A stretch of DNA of 63,602 nucleotides, the filler included, from Nemertoderma westbladi (Eukaryota; Animalia; Xenacoelomorpha), in assembly GCA_032718475.1 (NCBI GenBank). It is 5 parts of 5 records of this genome, joined end to end, with 100 filler letters (N's around TTAATTAATTAA, not from the genome) between each part and the next. Parts side by side here need not be neighbours in the genome. Positions count along the whole stretch, not along the records: positions 26,286 to 44,994 come from JAUCBJ010006723.1; positions 45,095 to 55,141 come from JAUCBJ010003348.1; 3 more parts are not named here. One strand, given 5' to 3'. The notes beneath the pieces were generated by a model that worked only from the letters and a program-made list of their open reading frames with translations, was not told the origin of the DNA and ran no database searches. The translations under genes and the position numbers were made by a program. Shown piece by piece: positions 35,325 through 49,221 of the stretch (positions are counted from its first letter, which is position 1; each line of letters starts with the position of its first letter).

Positions 35325-36326
35325 TTAGTAATATTATACTATTAGTATAGTAACGCGCTAAAACCAGACAACCCACTTAGTCAAAATTGTAGATGTGATA
35401 TCCAGTCGTAGTTGTCAGTAAAACAATTAATTGCTTTTTCCACGAAATACTTAAAAACGTTATTATTTTTACTAAATTATTGTTTGAAAGGTCGATATTA
35501 TTCTGTGGTTAACTGGTTTTCGCATTACACAGTTCACAAATTACATTTATTCACTAATATTATTTATATAATTAAATATTATTTATATCGAAATTAAAAA
35601 TATTGTAGTTTACTTCAAAATGATTTATTCATATTACGATGATGGCTGAATTGGCAGAATGATTGAATAACTCCGACGAATTGGTGTTAAGATATTATAA
35701 TTTAAAACATAAAACTAATATAATCTAATTTGATTTACAGTGTAATGTAAAGCGAGTTAATGTAATTCAACGATGCCATTTGTTTCGTAAGCATACCGTA
35801 CTAAGATTATCAATATCTTTTAAATCCACTTTCTCTAATAAAAGTCAATTCTCCACCATTTTGTTCCCCGTGTTAAGGATCATATCATTCCTTCTGTATG
35901 GAACTCTTACTGTGTGATACTACAGGATATCGATGGAAAGGCTGTCTTGTGGGGGTTCCAAATCTCTAAATATTATTAATTTCTTTGAGAAATAGCGAGA
36001 TAAGTCGTCCAGTCTATTCGAAATTGACATGTTTTTTCGTTGCGCTATTTATTGTGTTATCGAATGTTTGGCGGTGCTTGCGGACCGCGAAAGAAGCAGA
36101 CGACTGTTCAACTGTCCATCTCTCGTTCAAGTTACACTCAAAATAATGTATATACAGATACACATCAATAATGTATATTATTATACATCAATAATGTATA
36201 TCACATAAATGACCTTTTATTATGTTCTCTAAGAGTTAATGAACATAGCAGCACATAATTATTGAGCTTTCAATAAGTTTACTATATTATTAGAAAACCG
36301 ATAGGACTTCGTACTGTAAAAGCATT

Positions 36327-37630
36327 CACTATCTATCTATCTATCCATGTATGTATGTGGGGCGAGCCACGAAGTTGGCGGAGCCTTAGCGAATTGACAC
36401 TGTTAGGGGGTGGGTCAATTTATGCAAATAGTTGTCGTCGTCGTCGTCGTCGTCGTTGTCGTCGTCGTCGTTGTCGTCGTCGTCGTTGTCGTCGTCGTTA
36501 CGATTTTGACATGCTAATAACTTTGTCGGATTTAAAGCTGCCAAGTTGAAAATTTGTAGGTATCAATATGAGCAAAAGTTGAGATTTTTGAGAGACTTTC
36601 AGACACCATCAGTGCAATGGTCTCCCGCTAGAGGGCCACATGTCTAAACATTAAATGGCCACCCATTTCTTTGCTTTTAATCCGTTTAAGCTGAAACTTG
36701 GGAAGTATGTACTAGACCATTAGCTGTAAATTTCAAAGGAGGCTAATCTGTCTGCAGTTCTCCAGTCTGCCGCTAGAGGGCGAAATGTCCCGAATGTGAA
36801 ATTATTCTTCCATTTAGTTGTTTATGATCTGATTACGCTGAAACTTGTCATATATGTACTAGATGACATCCTGAGTCTTTGTGTGGATTGTAATCGGTCC
36901 GAAGTTTTCCAGTCTCCCGCTAGAGGGCCACATGTCTAAACATTAAATGGCCACCCATTTCTTTGCTTTTAATCCGTTTAAGCTGAAACTTGGGAAGTAT
37001 GTACTAGACCATTAGCTGTAAATTTCAAAGGAGGCTAATCTGTCTGCAGTTCTCCAGTCTGCCGCTAGAGGGCGAAATGTCCCGAATGTGAAATTATTCT
37101 TCCATTTAGTTGTTTATGATCTGATTACGCTGTAACTTGTCATATATGTACTAGAAGACATCCTAAGTCTTTGTGTGGACAGTAATCGGTCCGGAGTTTT
37201 CGAGTCTGCCGCTAGAGGGCGAAATGTAGGAAAGTGATAACCTTCGCGAATTCCTTGATCTTAATCTATTTAAGCTGAATTTTGGAATATACAGTACCGG
37301 TATGTACTAGACCACATGCCTCGTCTTTGTGAGGAAGGTGATCGATCCGTAGTTCTTTAATATGCCGCTAGAGGGCTAAATGTATGAAAGTGAAAACCTT
37401 CCAACATTTCGTTATTTATGATCCGTCAATCGGAAACTTGGTAGATATGTAATAGACCATAGGCTGTGGCTTTGTAGGGAAACTAATCCTTCCTTCTTCA
37501 GTTACCCAGTCTCCCGCTAGAGGGTTAACGTTTTCCGGGAAAATCTTCTCCTATGTTTTTATAATCCTTTCGAGTTGATACTTAGCATTAACTCATTTCA
37601 CGTGCTGCGCGAAGGCCCCACTTCGTGTAT
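36327..37630 (+). mobile_element. Non-autonomous Helitron/Helentron-like (HINE-type) element with (GTC)n and ~146-bp internal tandem repeats
   Basis: Terminal motif gtggggcgagccacgaagt (reverse copies at ~56497 and ~58104), GTC microsatellite 36433-36498, tandem units, end motif gccccacttcgt. Confidence 0.6.
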
Positions 37631-38981
37631 CTATGTATCTATACCGGGTGAACTCCTCGGAAACTATAGCTCGTCCGTCAATGAAAGTTATATCAATCGA
37701 CGCAGCTCAAACCCAGGATTTGGGAAAAAGTTTCGAAAAAATTTATTACACTGTCTTATTATTTCGAAAAATCGCCTCATCTGACAACAACACGTTCCCA
37801 TCGGTACCAACAAACCTACTAATCTACGGCGCGAATGGGGTAGTTGTGATGGAGACAGTGTTTCAAACTCTTATTCAGAGAATATATTGATTGTTGTGGT
37901 ACATAAATGTGAAGTAGAGATAATACTCATATAGTTGAGCTAACATTGATTACTTAACGACATGAGGTCTGTTATGTATATATCGTATACGTATATTGTA
38001 TATGTATATACGTATATTCTATCCTCGGCGTTATCTGTTTGTGTATATTTTAATTCGGTCCTTTTAAATATCCATGTTCTTAATCAGTAGTTATTAATTA
38101 ATTAACATATCTTTATTCACAATTATTATAACATTATTTAATGTTGTAGATTCAAGTATTAACTGCGATATGTTAGAGTATGTTGTAGATTATAACACTA
38201 GAGGATTTCTATCGCATTACAAACTGACAAACTGTAGGCTTACATTCATTGCTAAGTAATGTAGATTTTACATTTCGATAGTTTGCCACTAGAGGGCGAA
38301 GTCTGAAAGTATGAAAACCTTTCCCACTTCTTTGCTTATAATGCTTGACTGTTTTACGTTTATTATTGAGATATGTAGACCTGACCTACACCGGTTTTTG
38401 TGAATAACTTGTCAGTTCTTCAGTTGTTGCCAGTTGGGGAAATTTTTGGTATTGAATTTCAAACTTTTCGCGACCTTTCAGCATACTGGGGACGTACAGC
38501 GGTCAAAATATCACAAAGACAGACTTATATGGTCATGGTGTAGTACATTCTAAGTGAAATTAAATTAAAATAATAAAATAAATCATTATCGAGTTGCAGT
38601 AGGTACAGTTATATCAATATGTCAGACAATGGAGTCTTAAATAATTGTTAACTGGAACAATTTCACGCTTATGGATTATGACTTAGGGTTAGACCACATG
38701 AAAATGTGAAAGTTTCATTTATGGTTGTGGTTGATTTGAGATACGAGAGGACTTACCAAAACCCCAAAAAAAAATAATAAACCAAATAAAAGCCCAATGC
38801 AGTGGAAAATGTTAGCTAACACAGCCTGAGTGCCAGACGAGTTTCCGGTACTGTCAGACTGGTCAGTGAGGGAGGATGGATCAACCGAAATAATTCCCCC
38901 ATTTGAAGAATACCATTTTTTCACTGGAATTTTATATGTGAAGAATTTGTATTTTTTTTTAATTTATCAATGTGTCTTAAA

Positions 38982-39225
38982 GCCGTCCCGGTGTCTGAGT
39001 GGATACAACGCCTGACTGCTCTTTTACAATAGTGTTTTGTGGCGTAGTTTCGCGACTAAAGGCTGTAGAAATTTCGCACCGTTGTTGTGTCCTTTTAGGC
39101 AAGACACTTTAGACATTAGTGCTAACGCCAACCCAGCAGTATAATGGGAACCTGGCTTTGCTGGGGTAAAAATAACCTGATAAGGCTGTATGGCCCCTAA
39201 GGGCGCCTTCCATAACAAATATAAA
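38982..39225 (+). mobile_element. tRNA-derived SINE, same family as 4757-5022 but with a different 3' end
   Basis: Shared gactaaaggctgtagaaatttcgcac...ggcaagacactttagacattagtgc...ggctttgctggggtaa; B-box degraded. Confidence 0.8.
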
Positions 39226-40522
39226 TGTAGACTTAGGCTATATTTTATTTGTTTTAAAGGGCTAAATTTATATCTTATAATCCGTACATATTTATTATAG
39301 TCCGGCAGCAAATAGCACAAATTTTGGTGAACCGTGTTTTTTTATACCCATAAAATATTTCATCGGTTTTGTACTCATTAGACCCTGCTGAACAATATTT
39401 AGGAGGGTGTATTATATGTACGGTTTTACTTGCGTTTTATGTTCACTATATTTCATGAATTTTCAAGTTCGTTTCATTAGTTAATATTTTATGTACTGTA
39501 GCTAATCGTTTTTAGTAGTTAAATTTTCCGTTTTACTTGAGTTTTATGGGGACTACTGTTATGAATTTTAAAGTTCGTTTAATAAGTAAATATTGTATGT
39601 ACTGTAGTGGTTCGGTTAGTTTGTTAGTAGTTCGGTTCGTTTTGTTTCCGTTTTTATGGGCTCTATCAGACGAAGCATAGCTTAGCTTAATAATAATATG
39701 AATAATTTAATTAGTTATTGTTTTGGTTAGATTCAACCCTTCAGTAACCTGGGTTTTTAGTCACCTGGGGGTAAACTGCAAAGTGAAATATAACGGCAGA
39801 AAGTCAAGTATCATGTCAAGTCATATGGACCAAATACAAATTAGTAATGAACTAGTGAACTCCATGTCGCAGTACCCTATACTGGCTGACTGGTATAACG
39901 CCTTGACTGACTTCCAACCGGCTGACCGGTAGCTTACTTCTGATCTACTGCTGTCAGGCTGTACTGCTGCACTGCAAAGCATAGGTAGGCCTACTGCTGT
40001 AGTTGTTACCGGTAGTTATTTTATTGACTAATCCCGGGTGATTGCACAGCATACAGTAATAATATGAACAATTTACAACATACAGACAATAAGACAGAAT
40101 AATACAGGCAAAATAGATTAGTCCAATCGATACAATTGACGGTACAAATACTGAAATAACGGAAATAAATAAACGGGAACCAATAACATAATACAAAGAA
40201 CAAAATACTAATAGGCCTATACTAGTAATTAATACTATTAATCTGTTAATCGGTGAGCACAATTCAGACAATAAATAAATAGGCCTAATAAAATATGATT
40301 GACATGCAGGTGAGTACAATTCAGACAATGTCCAATGTCGAGTATTTAAATAACACAATTCTGCAATTGTACGAGCTGTCTGTACTATGTACTGCACTGC
40401 CTAGCGCTGGTGGCGCTAGCCTACTGCTATTGCCTACCCGCAGCTGTTCAGCTTTTTAGGACTACAGACTACCGGCTGACCGGTATCCTGCAGTTTTATT
40501 TTATGCATTGCACATTGTTTTT

Positions 40523-40803
40523 ATGATGAGTTCGCCAATCGCTATGAAAACTCAAAACGGATCGGTTATCAATGGATCCACGGGACATTCTTTCTCGTCC
40601 ACAAACACCGGTAAACGAATGAAGAAGCGACGAGAACTAGACGCCCTCGTGAAGGTGCCTCGAAGCGGTTTCCGACCTACAAAGAAACCCCTGGGCTCTA
40701 CCTGGTCTTCCAATGAAATTCTTTTAGGAACTCCGACGAGCAACCTTTCGGATTCCTCGTACGATGAGTTTACCATGTCCTCGGCGAGGAAGATTGTAAC
40801 CAG
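40523..40803 (+). CDS. EFCAB14: Probable first coding exon of EF-hand calcium-binding domain protein 14
   Basis: MKKRRELDALV...KKP...SS..LL.T...SDSS.DEF resembles the EFCAB14 N-terminus as I recall it (MKKRKELNALI...); AG|GTCAGA donor at 40803/40804. Later exons not found. Confidence 0.62.
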
Positions 40804-41049
40804 GTCAGATTGTTAATGTTTGTATTTTATTTTTCCAATCTGCCAATACGGTACTGCAGTAGGCCTACTGCAATATCTTAATCTGTTAACTAGGTGACAG
40901 GGACAGGAGCATGACTGCATGAGCAATAACTTTTAAATGATGATATTTCGTTCTACAATCGGAGATATGAGTATAGGGGGAGGGGGCCTACAGGCTACAG
41001 ATATGAGAATAGGGGGAGGGGGCCTACAGGCTACAGATATGAGAATAGC

Positions 41050-41400
41050 CTTACAAAACCTTCTTTCAGTCAGTCAGTATAGGCCTAAGCAGGGCCCCTA
41101 ATCCCTATCAGCCTATTGAAAAGTTTTACAGCATTTCAACTTGCGACGGCTAGCCCTAGCAGGCGCAGAAATGTGCTAGGCCTACCTGCTACGATAGGCA
41201 TCGGGCAAGGTGCTGAAAGGGCTGGCACAGAGATGTCAATGAATGTCCTCCACCGGGGCAGCCAGTGTAGCATCGACAATGATAGAGATGCTGCGCTCGG
41301 CGCGATTTTTGAATTGCTGGCAGCTTGTGTGGCTTTGCACCAAGCCCGTACACAATATTTTGCACTTGGCGCCGCGTTCGGCGCAGAATATAAAACTTTT
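41050..41400 (-). pseudogene. Very degenerate CR1/L2 LINE 3' fragment
   Basis: LHWLP motif on the minus strand within a GC-richer patch. Confidence 0.35.
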
Positions 41401-41514
41401 CAATAGGATATGCATGCAGCTCTATGACTCAATGACTGAAGGACTGTATGAAATTTAAATTTAGTTTATGTGCTGATGTGTTGTCTTATACCAAAGCTTT
41501 AAAAGGATGGCGAA

Positions 41515-43019
41515 AACGTCTGTCCTAATATCTGATCTGATCTGACAGTATCTAACACTTGTTCCACCTTAGTGTTGTAGTTTATACTATTAGTTTATAC
41601 TTATATGAACAAGATACGAAACTAATACAGTATGTTTCGAGATTTATAACGCCAATAAAACCAAAGCGATGTCTCAGGATAAAACGCGGTCGTACAGTAT
41701 ATGGAATCAGTGTATGTAAATGCGCCATGTGGAGTTTCACAGGATTCCATTACCCAGCGAAACATACCGGAAAGGAATGTGGCCCATTCACTATCATTAG
41801 TGAACTTTCGTATTTTCGACCAATATCCGAAGCCGGCACAGCATTCTTAAAAATGCAGCTGAAATGCAGCATGCCGATCCTAGTAGTAGTATTTTCGACC
41901 ATCTTCCCAAACAGTCTGGGAAAGTTCACATGAGGGGTATTTTTGTATTCACGTGCTGCGCGATGTCCTTTTGAGGGAGATGATATGTTGATCAGTCAGT
42001 CGGACGGTTAGTAAGAAGGTGGGTGGGTGGATGGATGGGAAGGTGAATGGATGGTTGTTTATTGTTTTGGTTAGAAAAGACAGCCTCGGTAACATTCTCC
42101 TTTCCCTCAATTGGTAGGTAACAAAATCGTTTATTGTTTTGGTTAGAACAGCCTGCCTCTGTAACCTGCTCGTTTCCCTCAATTATGGTTGGTATCAACG
42201 AATTTTATTGTTTTGGTTAGAAAAGCCCTCCCCTGTAGCCTGCGCCTTTTCCTCAATTTGTAGGTAACAACGTTTATTGTTTTGGTTATAAATTGCCGCC
42301 GCTGTAACCTGCTCTTTTCCTTCAATTGGAAGGTAACAACAGCGTTTATTGATTCCCACAATTCCCATCCACCTTCCCATATTCCATCATCGTCTGGTAT
42401 AAACTTCGCTGTATCAGCTGGCAATCAGGGCAATATGGGGCATGTTAAGTGAGTGTTTCGCCATATTCGGCAGTTCGGCAGTAAAGAGATGCCCCTTCCT
42501 TCCTGCCTTCCCTTTAGCGTAACAAACAAACGATAAATATTTTAAATGCAATATATTTATAAGTATCATAATTAATATTATTAATTATAATTAATATAAT
42601 TAACTTTAACTATTAATAATGATAACTATTAACAAGAAAGATTTACGAAAATACTGCAGCAAAGGCTGTAATGTTTTTAATAAATGTTTAATGTTTCAAC
42701 ACCAACTAAATCTACGAAAGTTGTTTACATCTGAAACTATCCATCTTTGCTGGGACAATCACACAACTTTCATACCCGCCATCCTTCATCCTATATCGCA
42801 TTTTTAATATATAATAACATGCCTTGGTGCATTAGCTGCATACCGGTATGCCTGTACTGCTATGTCATGTGATGATACTGATACTTAACAGGGCAACGTG
42901 AAACGTGATCCCCTATTGGCTATTTACCTAACAGACATTTAGGTAAATGTTATATCTCTTTCTTCTGATTGGTTATAGGATCAGATGCCGTCAGATCAGA
43001 TCCGATAAGGACAGACGTT
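41515..43019. mobile_element. Possible non-autonomous TIR element containing a ~68-bp tandem repeat (42056-42350)
   Basis: aacgtctgtcct..atctgatctgac at 41515 is inverted at 42982-43019; the internal unit gtttattgttttggttagaa is also at ~46785 and, reversed, at ~59080. Confidence 0.55.
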
Positions 43020-43546
43020 GTTTTATTCTACCTCAGCATTTAACGTATCATATCATATGGCATATATAATACCTAGCTACATTTTGTAGTTGTTATTTTG
43101 ATTGATACAATGCTGATAGTAGTGCCAATATATGACTAAACGTAGACCTGTCAGCCTGTAGACACAGAATGTTATAATTGTAGACACAGAATGCTAAACT
43201 AAGAGGACCAGCTCCTGCTAGAGGTTTTCCGATTAACAATTTGATCGATTTTGAAATTTTACAAGATTGATAAGACGGTACCGTACCGGTATATACTACA
43301 GTATTTACTGCTGTACTGTATTATAGGCCTACCAATCGTGTCACATATGCATTTGGGTCGAGAAAAAATAATTTTGGAAATTGAAAAAATAGTTGATCCG
43401 TAATGGGTTTGATGATGCCTGCCTGCGCCTTTTGTGTATTATTGTGGTTTTGTTCTGAAATGGAGAAAATGTGAAAGTGCATCAGCGTTTTGTGTATGAC
43501 AGTATCTATATAACTAATTGGTTCACGGTCTTTGACATAAGTGACC

Positions 43547-43900
43547 ATTATTACCGTAATGTGTGTGTGTGTGTGTGTTAGTGTGTGTGTGTGTGTGTGT
43601 GTGTGTCCAGAGCGATATCTCAGTTATTTATTAATCAATCGAAATAAAATTTGGACAAAAGTTAGATATAGGGATGGCGAAGGCTCATACAAAAAATTGG
43701 GTGTCGAGATGGTATTTGTGCGATGTGAGCGCTATATTTGCGTGTTTTCGCATGGTTTAGGAAAAAGCTATCTTGTCATAGGGAACGCAATGAATGATTC
43801 TGATATTTGGCATGGAGGTACCTGAATTATTTATAAATCGATTAACGGAGGCCGATTTTTAAATTTGGACCTACATTATGACCTAATTGAAGATTTAATT
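43547..43900 (+). repeat. (TG)n-containing HINE-like element
   Basis: TG microsatellite 43560-43606 followed by gcgatatctcag...aaaatttgg. Confidence 0.45.
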
Positions 43901-44833
43901 AAGGTAATTAATTAGCATTAGCAATTACCAATACTGCAGTACCGGTACTGCAGTCCTGTAGGCCCTAGACTGCTAGTACTGTCTGATTGTACTGATGTCT
44001 GCTAGTACGGTCCGATGGTTAGCAATCTTAGCACTATGCACTACCTGCTAGCATACCAGCATACTGGCATAGCAGCAAACTGGCAGTACCAAGTACCGGT
44101 ACTTCTGACTGGCAGACCGGCATAGCATTTCAGTTTATTATTATCCATCAGGTAGGCTATGCCTGGCTTAAATATAATATTTCGCCATGTTCGCAGGCGA
44201 CTTCGCACTGACTACCGGTAGGCCTATGCAGCTATGCTATGAGATTAACCGTCCAGTCGTTCAGATGCATATGGTACCGGTACCGGAACGGGTTACGGTT
44301 TAATCCTGCATTTGTCAATTACGACAATACCGGTACGACTTTGAGTACCGGGTACCGCTGTACCGGTACGCGGTAGCCTACCGTTACCGGTTGACCGGTA
44401 GGCGTAGGCGGTAGACCTACGGTGCGATGGTAGCCCTGTAGCCAGCCAGTAGGTGGTCGTGGTAGGCTTACCGTACCGGTATAAATGTTGGCGGATGGCG
44501 GGATGACGTCGTGTGGCGCGTAATTACTTACCGGTTGCCGGTAGACGCCTACCCAACTCGTAACTGGTGGTCGTGGTCGTGGTGGGATGAGCATGAGGTC
44601 GCCTACGATGGGAACAAGTGAAAAGGAAACATAGGCCTACCCGAACGAAAACGTACCGGTCAGCCGCCAGCCGGTACCCGAATACTGGGTACAGGGGTAC
44701 GTTTCGACAATGATGTATCGGTTATTATTATTGTACTGATTAAGTAGGAGGACCGTGAACCCTCCGGGCTTGCCAGCTTGTTACTCTTGCTCTTGTTGTG
44801 ATTAGTGTTGAGAACTGAATCAATTTTGACTAA

Positions 44834-44981
44834 TTTCAGTTACAGTTACAGTTTCAGTATTCAAAGTTTTGCATTTCAGTTACAGTTACAGTTTCAGTAT
44901 TCAAAGTTTTGCATTTCAGTTACAGTTACAGTTTCAGTATTCAAAGTTTTGCATTTCAGTTACAGTTACAGTTTCAGTATT
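44834..44981. repeat. 40-bp minisatellite
   Basis: tttcagttacagttacagtttcagtattcaaagttttgca, ~3.7 copies. Confidence 0.92.
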
Positions 44982-44994
44982 ATAAAATTGAGCA

Positions 44995-45094
44995 NNNNNN
45001 NNNNNNNNNNNNNNNNNNNNNNNNNNNNNNNNNNNNNNTTAATTAATTAANNNNNNNNNNNNNNNNNNNNNNNNNNNNNNNNNNNNNNNNNNNN
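44995..45094. other. Artificial contig linker
   Basis: N-TTAATTAATTAA-N. Confidence 0.97.
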
Positions 45095-45096
45095 AA

Positions 45097-45557
45097 TTGT
45101 GGCTGGCCACGAGAAAAGGGACCTTATGTTACCGGAGGTCGATTTGGAGTTATTAGGCCTATGACATGCAGAATTTTACAGAGATTTTAACAAAAAAAAC
45201 GGTGTCTCAATATCTATTTCCAAAAAAAAGTTATAGCGATTTATGTGAAGGTGATTCGGGTAGCTCTTTTCCTACCTACCCGTATTAGTACCTTTTATTA
45301 AAGTCCTAAATTCAGACATGAAAACACTAAAACAGTGTTATATACAACACTGCAACATCTTATATTGCTTCCTGTAATTAGTTATTTCCTAGGTATCTTG
45401 AATATCAGAACCAATTTGAATTTCCCGCATCATTTTAAACATTTCTAACTTGATTAATCCAATTAAATTTGTTCAAAAATAGAGGGAAACTTTAAACGCG
45501 ATTATCTCAGAATCAGGTTTTGCGACATAAGGTCCCTTTTCTCGTGGCCAGCCACAA
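45097..45557. mobile_element. MITE with perfect ~33-bp TIRs
   Basis: ttgtggctggccacgagaaaagggaccttatgt ... acataaggtcccttttctcgtggccagccacaa. Confidence 0.9.
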
Positions 45558-45717
45558 ATTTAGTTTTCTTTACATTTAGTTCCACAGTAGTCTATTAACA
45601 ATCTTAATTTTTCGATGCACGGCTCCGGTTGTAGGCTAATATTGCTGAGTCGTCCAATAAAATTAGGACGTGAAGTCACATTAAAAAACTATCAGGCAAA
45701 CATTTATTTAACAAGTA

Positions 45718-48559
45718 CAGTCCCGCTCTCAAAAAGCATTCCTTTGATCAAACATTGATCAAACTTTGATCAAACATTGATCAAAGTTTGATCAAATATT
45801 GAAATGAACCAGGCTTATAAATCCTGCCATTGAGTTCTACCAAAGGCGCTGCACTTCAAAGTCTAGATTCCCACTGAGCCGTGTGTCAATCAAGCAGCCC
45901 TCTCTCTCTCTCTCGCTCTCCCTGTGCGTGTAATGCTCCATGTGCTCTGTAGGATGTCTGCAGAGCACACAGGACACCACGTCCATATCATACCATAGGT
46001 TTGTAAGCTATAGCCGTTATTTAAACCAGTTAAAGCCTAGGTTATAATAATTTACAGCGATTATCAGAAAATAACAGCCGCAATTGAATCTCCACTTGGC
46101 GGTGTGGTGGTAATGAAAGCAAGGGCGGGTAGGGGCTGTGTGGAGTTTAATTCTGAGTTACGCAATGTGTTGGGTGGATGGCTACAATACATTATAATGG
46201 GGGGGGGGGGGGGGCAACTAGCGTACCGAGCGAGGGGGAGGCCTTGCGAAAGCATACTAAAAAACCCTTTCCAGTTGAAATGAGAAAACAAATAATATAT
46301 ATATAAAGATCCACATTCCAAATTTTCTGAAACAAAAGCGGTCTCAGTGGTATTTGCTGTATATTATTAGTTTGGGGTGCCGACAGCGACAGACCAGTAA
46401 CAAAGTAAAGGCATATGCCGCCCCAGCATGTTAAACAAATTATCTGCTGTGGAATGGAATTCTCCGAAATTTCGAAATTTACAAAAGGCTTCCCAAGAAA
46501 TTAGACAGCCAACTAACCCATACACAGGAGGCCGCGAACCAAAGAGATTGGCCTCCTGAGCAAGGAACTATGCAGGTAGTAATGTGTACTGAACTCATTT
46601 ATTACACTAAACTTTCTTACTAAAATTTCAACATGGAGGACTTTTCTGTTTGCCCAAAAACAATTAAACAGACGTTGTATTTGTCTCGATATTAATTAAA
46701 ATTTCTACCTTATCTCGCAAATAGTGGCGCCAGTTGGTTGCAAATAAAAAAGTTATCCAGCCCAAATCGATGAAATCTACTTTGGTTTATTGTTTTGGTT
46801 AGAAAACACAACCCCTTTAACCTGCTCCTTTCGATGTTTTACATTAAATTTTTGAAACTAATTGTAGCTGTACCAGTAATGAGCCTGTTCTCAGATACAC
46901 TTGCGGTGACAGCACGGTGAAATCGCATACTGTGAATCACAGCATTTGGGTTGTGGTTACAGAGATGCGAGTGAAGCAGTTACAGTCAACTGTATGTTCG
47001 GTTGGGTGATGCGTGATGACTTAGCCCGCGGGAATCTTAGCCCGCAAAATGGGAATCGTTTACCCGCAAGCTTGCTTTCTTAGCCAGTGGGCAGGGCATC
47101 CTTAGCCCGAAAATAAATTGTATTAGCCCGCGGGAATTGATACTGGACGATTAAATTGACAGACTGGCTTTCTAGTGAATAATTTATAATGAAAATAATT
47201 TAATAATATTCCAGAGGCTGTATTTTAGAACGTAGCCCGGAGTTGTTAGTGGGGCCTATTACAAGACTCAGTCTGGTACTGGTACACGTACACTACCACA
47301 ACACTGTGTTGTCAATCTAATAATGATTATAATAATTCACAGCCACAATTGAATCTCCACTTGGCGATGTGGCGTAATGAAAGCAATGGCAGGTATGGCC
47401 TGTGCTGTGTGGAGTTTAATTCTGAGTTATGCAATGGGTTGGGTGGATGGCTACAACACATTATAATGGGGGGGGGGGGGGGGGGGGGGGTGTGCAGGTC
47501 CACAGCTTGTACAATGATGTAGTAATAGTCCATAACAAGAGGGTATGGGATCACTGGGGTTATATTGATGCCTTGTCTTACAACGACCTGTGAGCAAAAG
47601 TGTGGTTTGTCTTGTCGGCCGGATGGTTAAAACCCTCCATTAATTAAAAATGAATGAGCATAATTTAATACGTATTACTAACCCAATTTGATTTTTAATA
47701 TTTAAAAAATTATAATTACAATACGTTAAACTGAATTAAAAAATACGTAACTAATGATGTACATAACATAGTTTACTTTAAAACAAATTAGTTTTTCAAT
47801 AAAAATACCTTATCAGAGTATTAAAATTAAATTACGTAAATTTTTAGAAGGTATTTTAGGGGATGCGCTGGCGCTGGCGCTGGCGCTTGGATTTATTTAT
47901 TTCTTTATTTACATTTATTAGTATACTTAGAGACAGGGGCAGGAAGGAAGCTTGTCGAATTTACACAATTACTGTATAAGCAAATGCAATGCAACGGCAG
48001 CCATCGCGCTGCTACGCCAATGGAGGTCTTTGGCCTTGATTCTGATTTAAGGAACATTGAAACTAATTTCTAATATAACAATAATTTAAAACTATTCCCA
48101 AGGCTGTTTTTCTGAACTAGTTGTTGGTGTAATAATAGGCCCTGCCCTACAAGAACAAAACTCAGTCTGGGACACTACCACAACACCGCCTTGTAAATCC
48201 AATCGCTGTCCATCCACAAAGTCAAGCAAGCTCCATCCACCGCCCTGTCAATCACATCGCGGCTTGGCCATGAACAAAAGCCAGTTCTCCGCGGGAATCT
48301 GAGTTCAAAGGCATGCCGCAGAAGAGCGATGTAAACTGTTACCTTGAAATCATTTCAATGTCATTTCAATATGAGACAGAAAGTCTGGAATTTCGGTCCA
48401 TCGATTTCAAGGTCATTTCAATATGCCATCAATGTCATTTCAATGTCAATGCTACTTTCAATGATATTCTATGGACACATTTTGATCAAACTTTGATCAA
48501 TGTTTGATCAAAGTTTGATCAATGTTTGATCAAAGGAATGCTTTTTGAGAGCGGGACTG
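45718..48559. mobile_element. 2.84-kb non-autonomous TIR element, TA target duplication, CAGT ends (Tc1/mariner-like)
   Basis: ta|cagtcccgctctcaaaaagcattcctttgatcaaac... and its perfect ~80-bp inverse ending gggactg|ta; no transposase ORF. Confidence 0.88.
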
Positions 48560-49221
48560 TATATTAATGGGCTAATAAAAGATGTAAAAATGGGGATACT
48601 GTTGGGGGCACCTTGTAACACGCCCAGATTTGAATTAATGGTAGTTGACCCGAGCATACTCCTAGTATTTCTATATAACTTTATCGAACTTATAGAACTT
48701 TATCAAATGCGGTTGCAAAATCGACAAAAATTATGTAAACCTTTTCCTTCTTAGATTTAGCCAAATCTATTAACAGTCTTAGAGTCAGAATGTGTTCCAA
48801 GCACCCACGGTGACGCTGCCCACCGGCTTGTTCGCATGGAGGTTTGGCCCACATAGATAGTCGCTTAGCGAGGATACCGTCATAAATTTTCATTATAGCA
48901 TTGATAATTCGAATTCCTCTGTAATTGGAACACACCGCCCTGGCTCCCCTCTTGAATACATTAGAAAGCTTACTCAACTGCCAGGTTATCATCAGAGCAA
49001 CACAGGAATTGAATATAAAGTTTAATAGAATATCCAAGAATACTAGCCACTGGCGGGGGCCCGGCAGCTTTACTGGACCTAAGTCGCGACATTTCAGTTT
49101 CAACTTCTTCCACGGTAATGGGTTTATCAAGACACGGGATCATAGGACAATCGGAAGTGTCTATCACGTGGTCCGGCTCTGAATTGGAATTACAAAGAGC
49201 CTCGTAGTGAGCTCTAAACAT
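48560..49221 (-). pseudogene. RTE-like non-LTR RT fragment, continuing at 45560-45717
   Basis: NYRGI, EQAG, LTLRLLID, FVDFATAFDKV, GVLQGAP; beyond the TIR element LHVLILLDDSAIL. Confidence 0.8.

Noticed and set aside
36355-36549. Protamine-like Arg/Cys-rich ORF
   Set aside because: Translation of a (GTC)n microsatellite within a repeat element.
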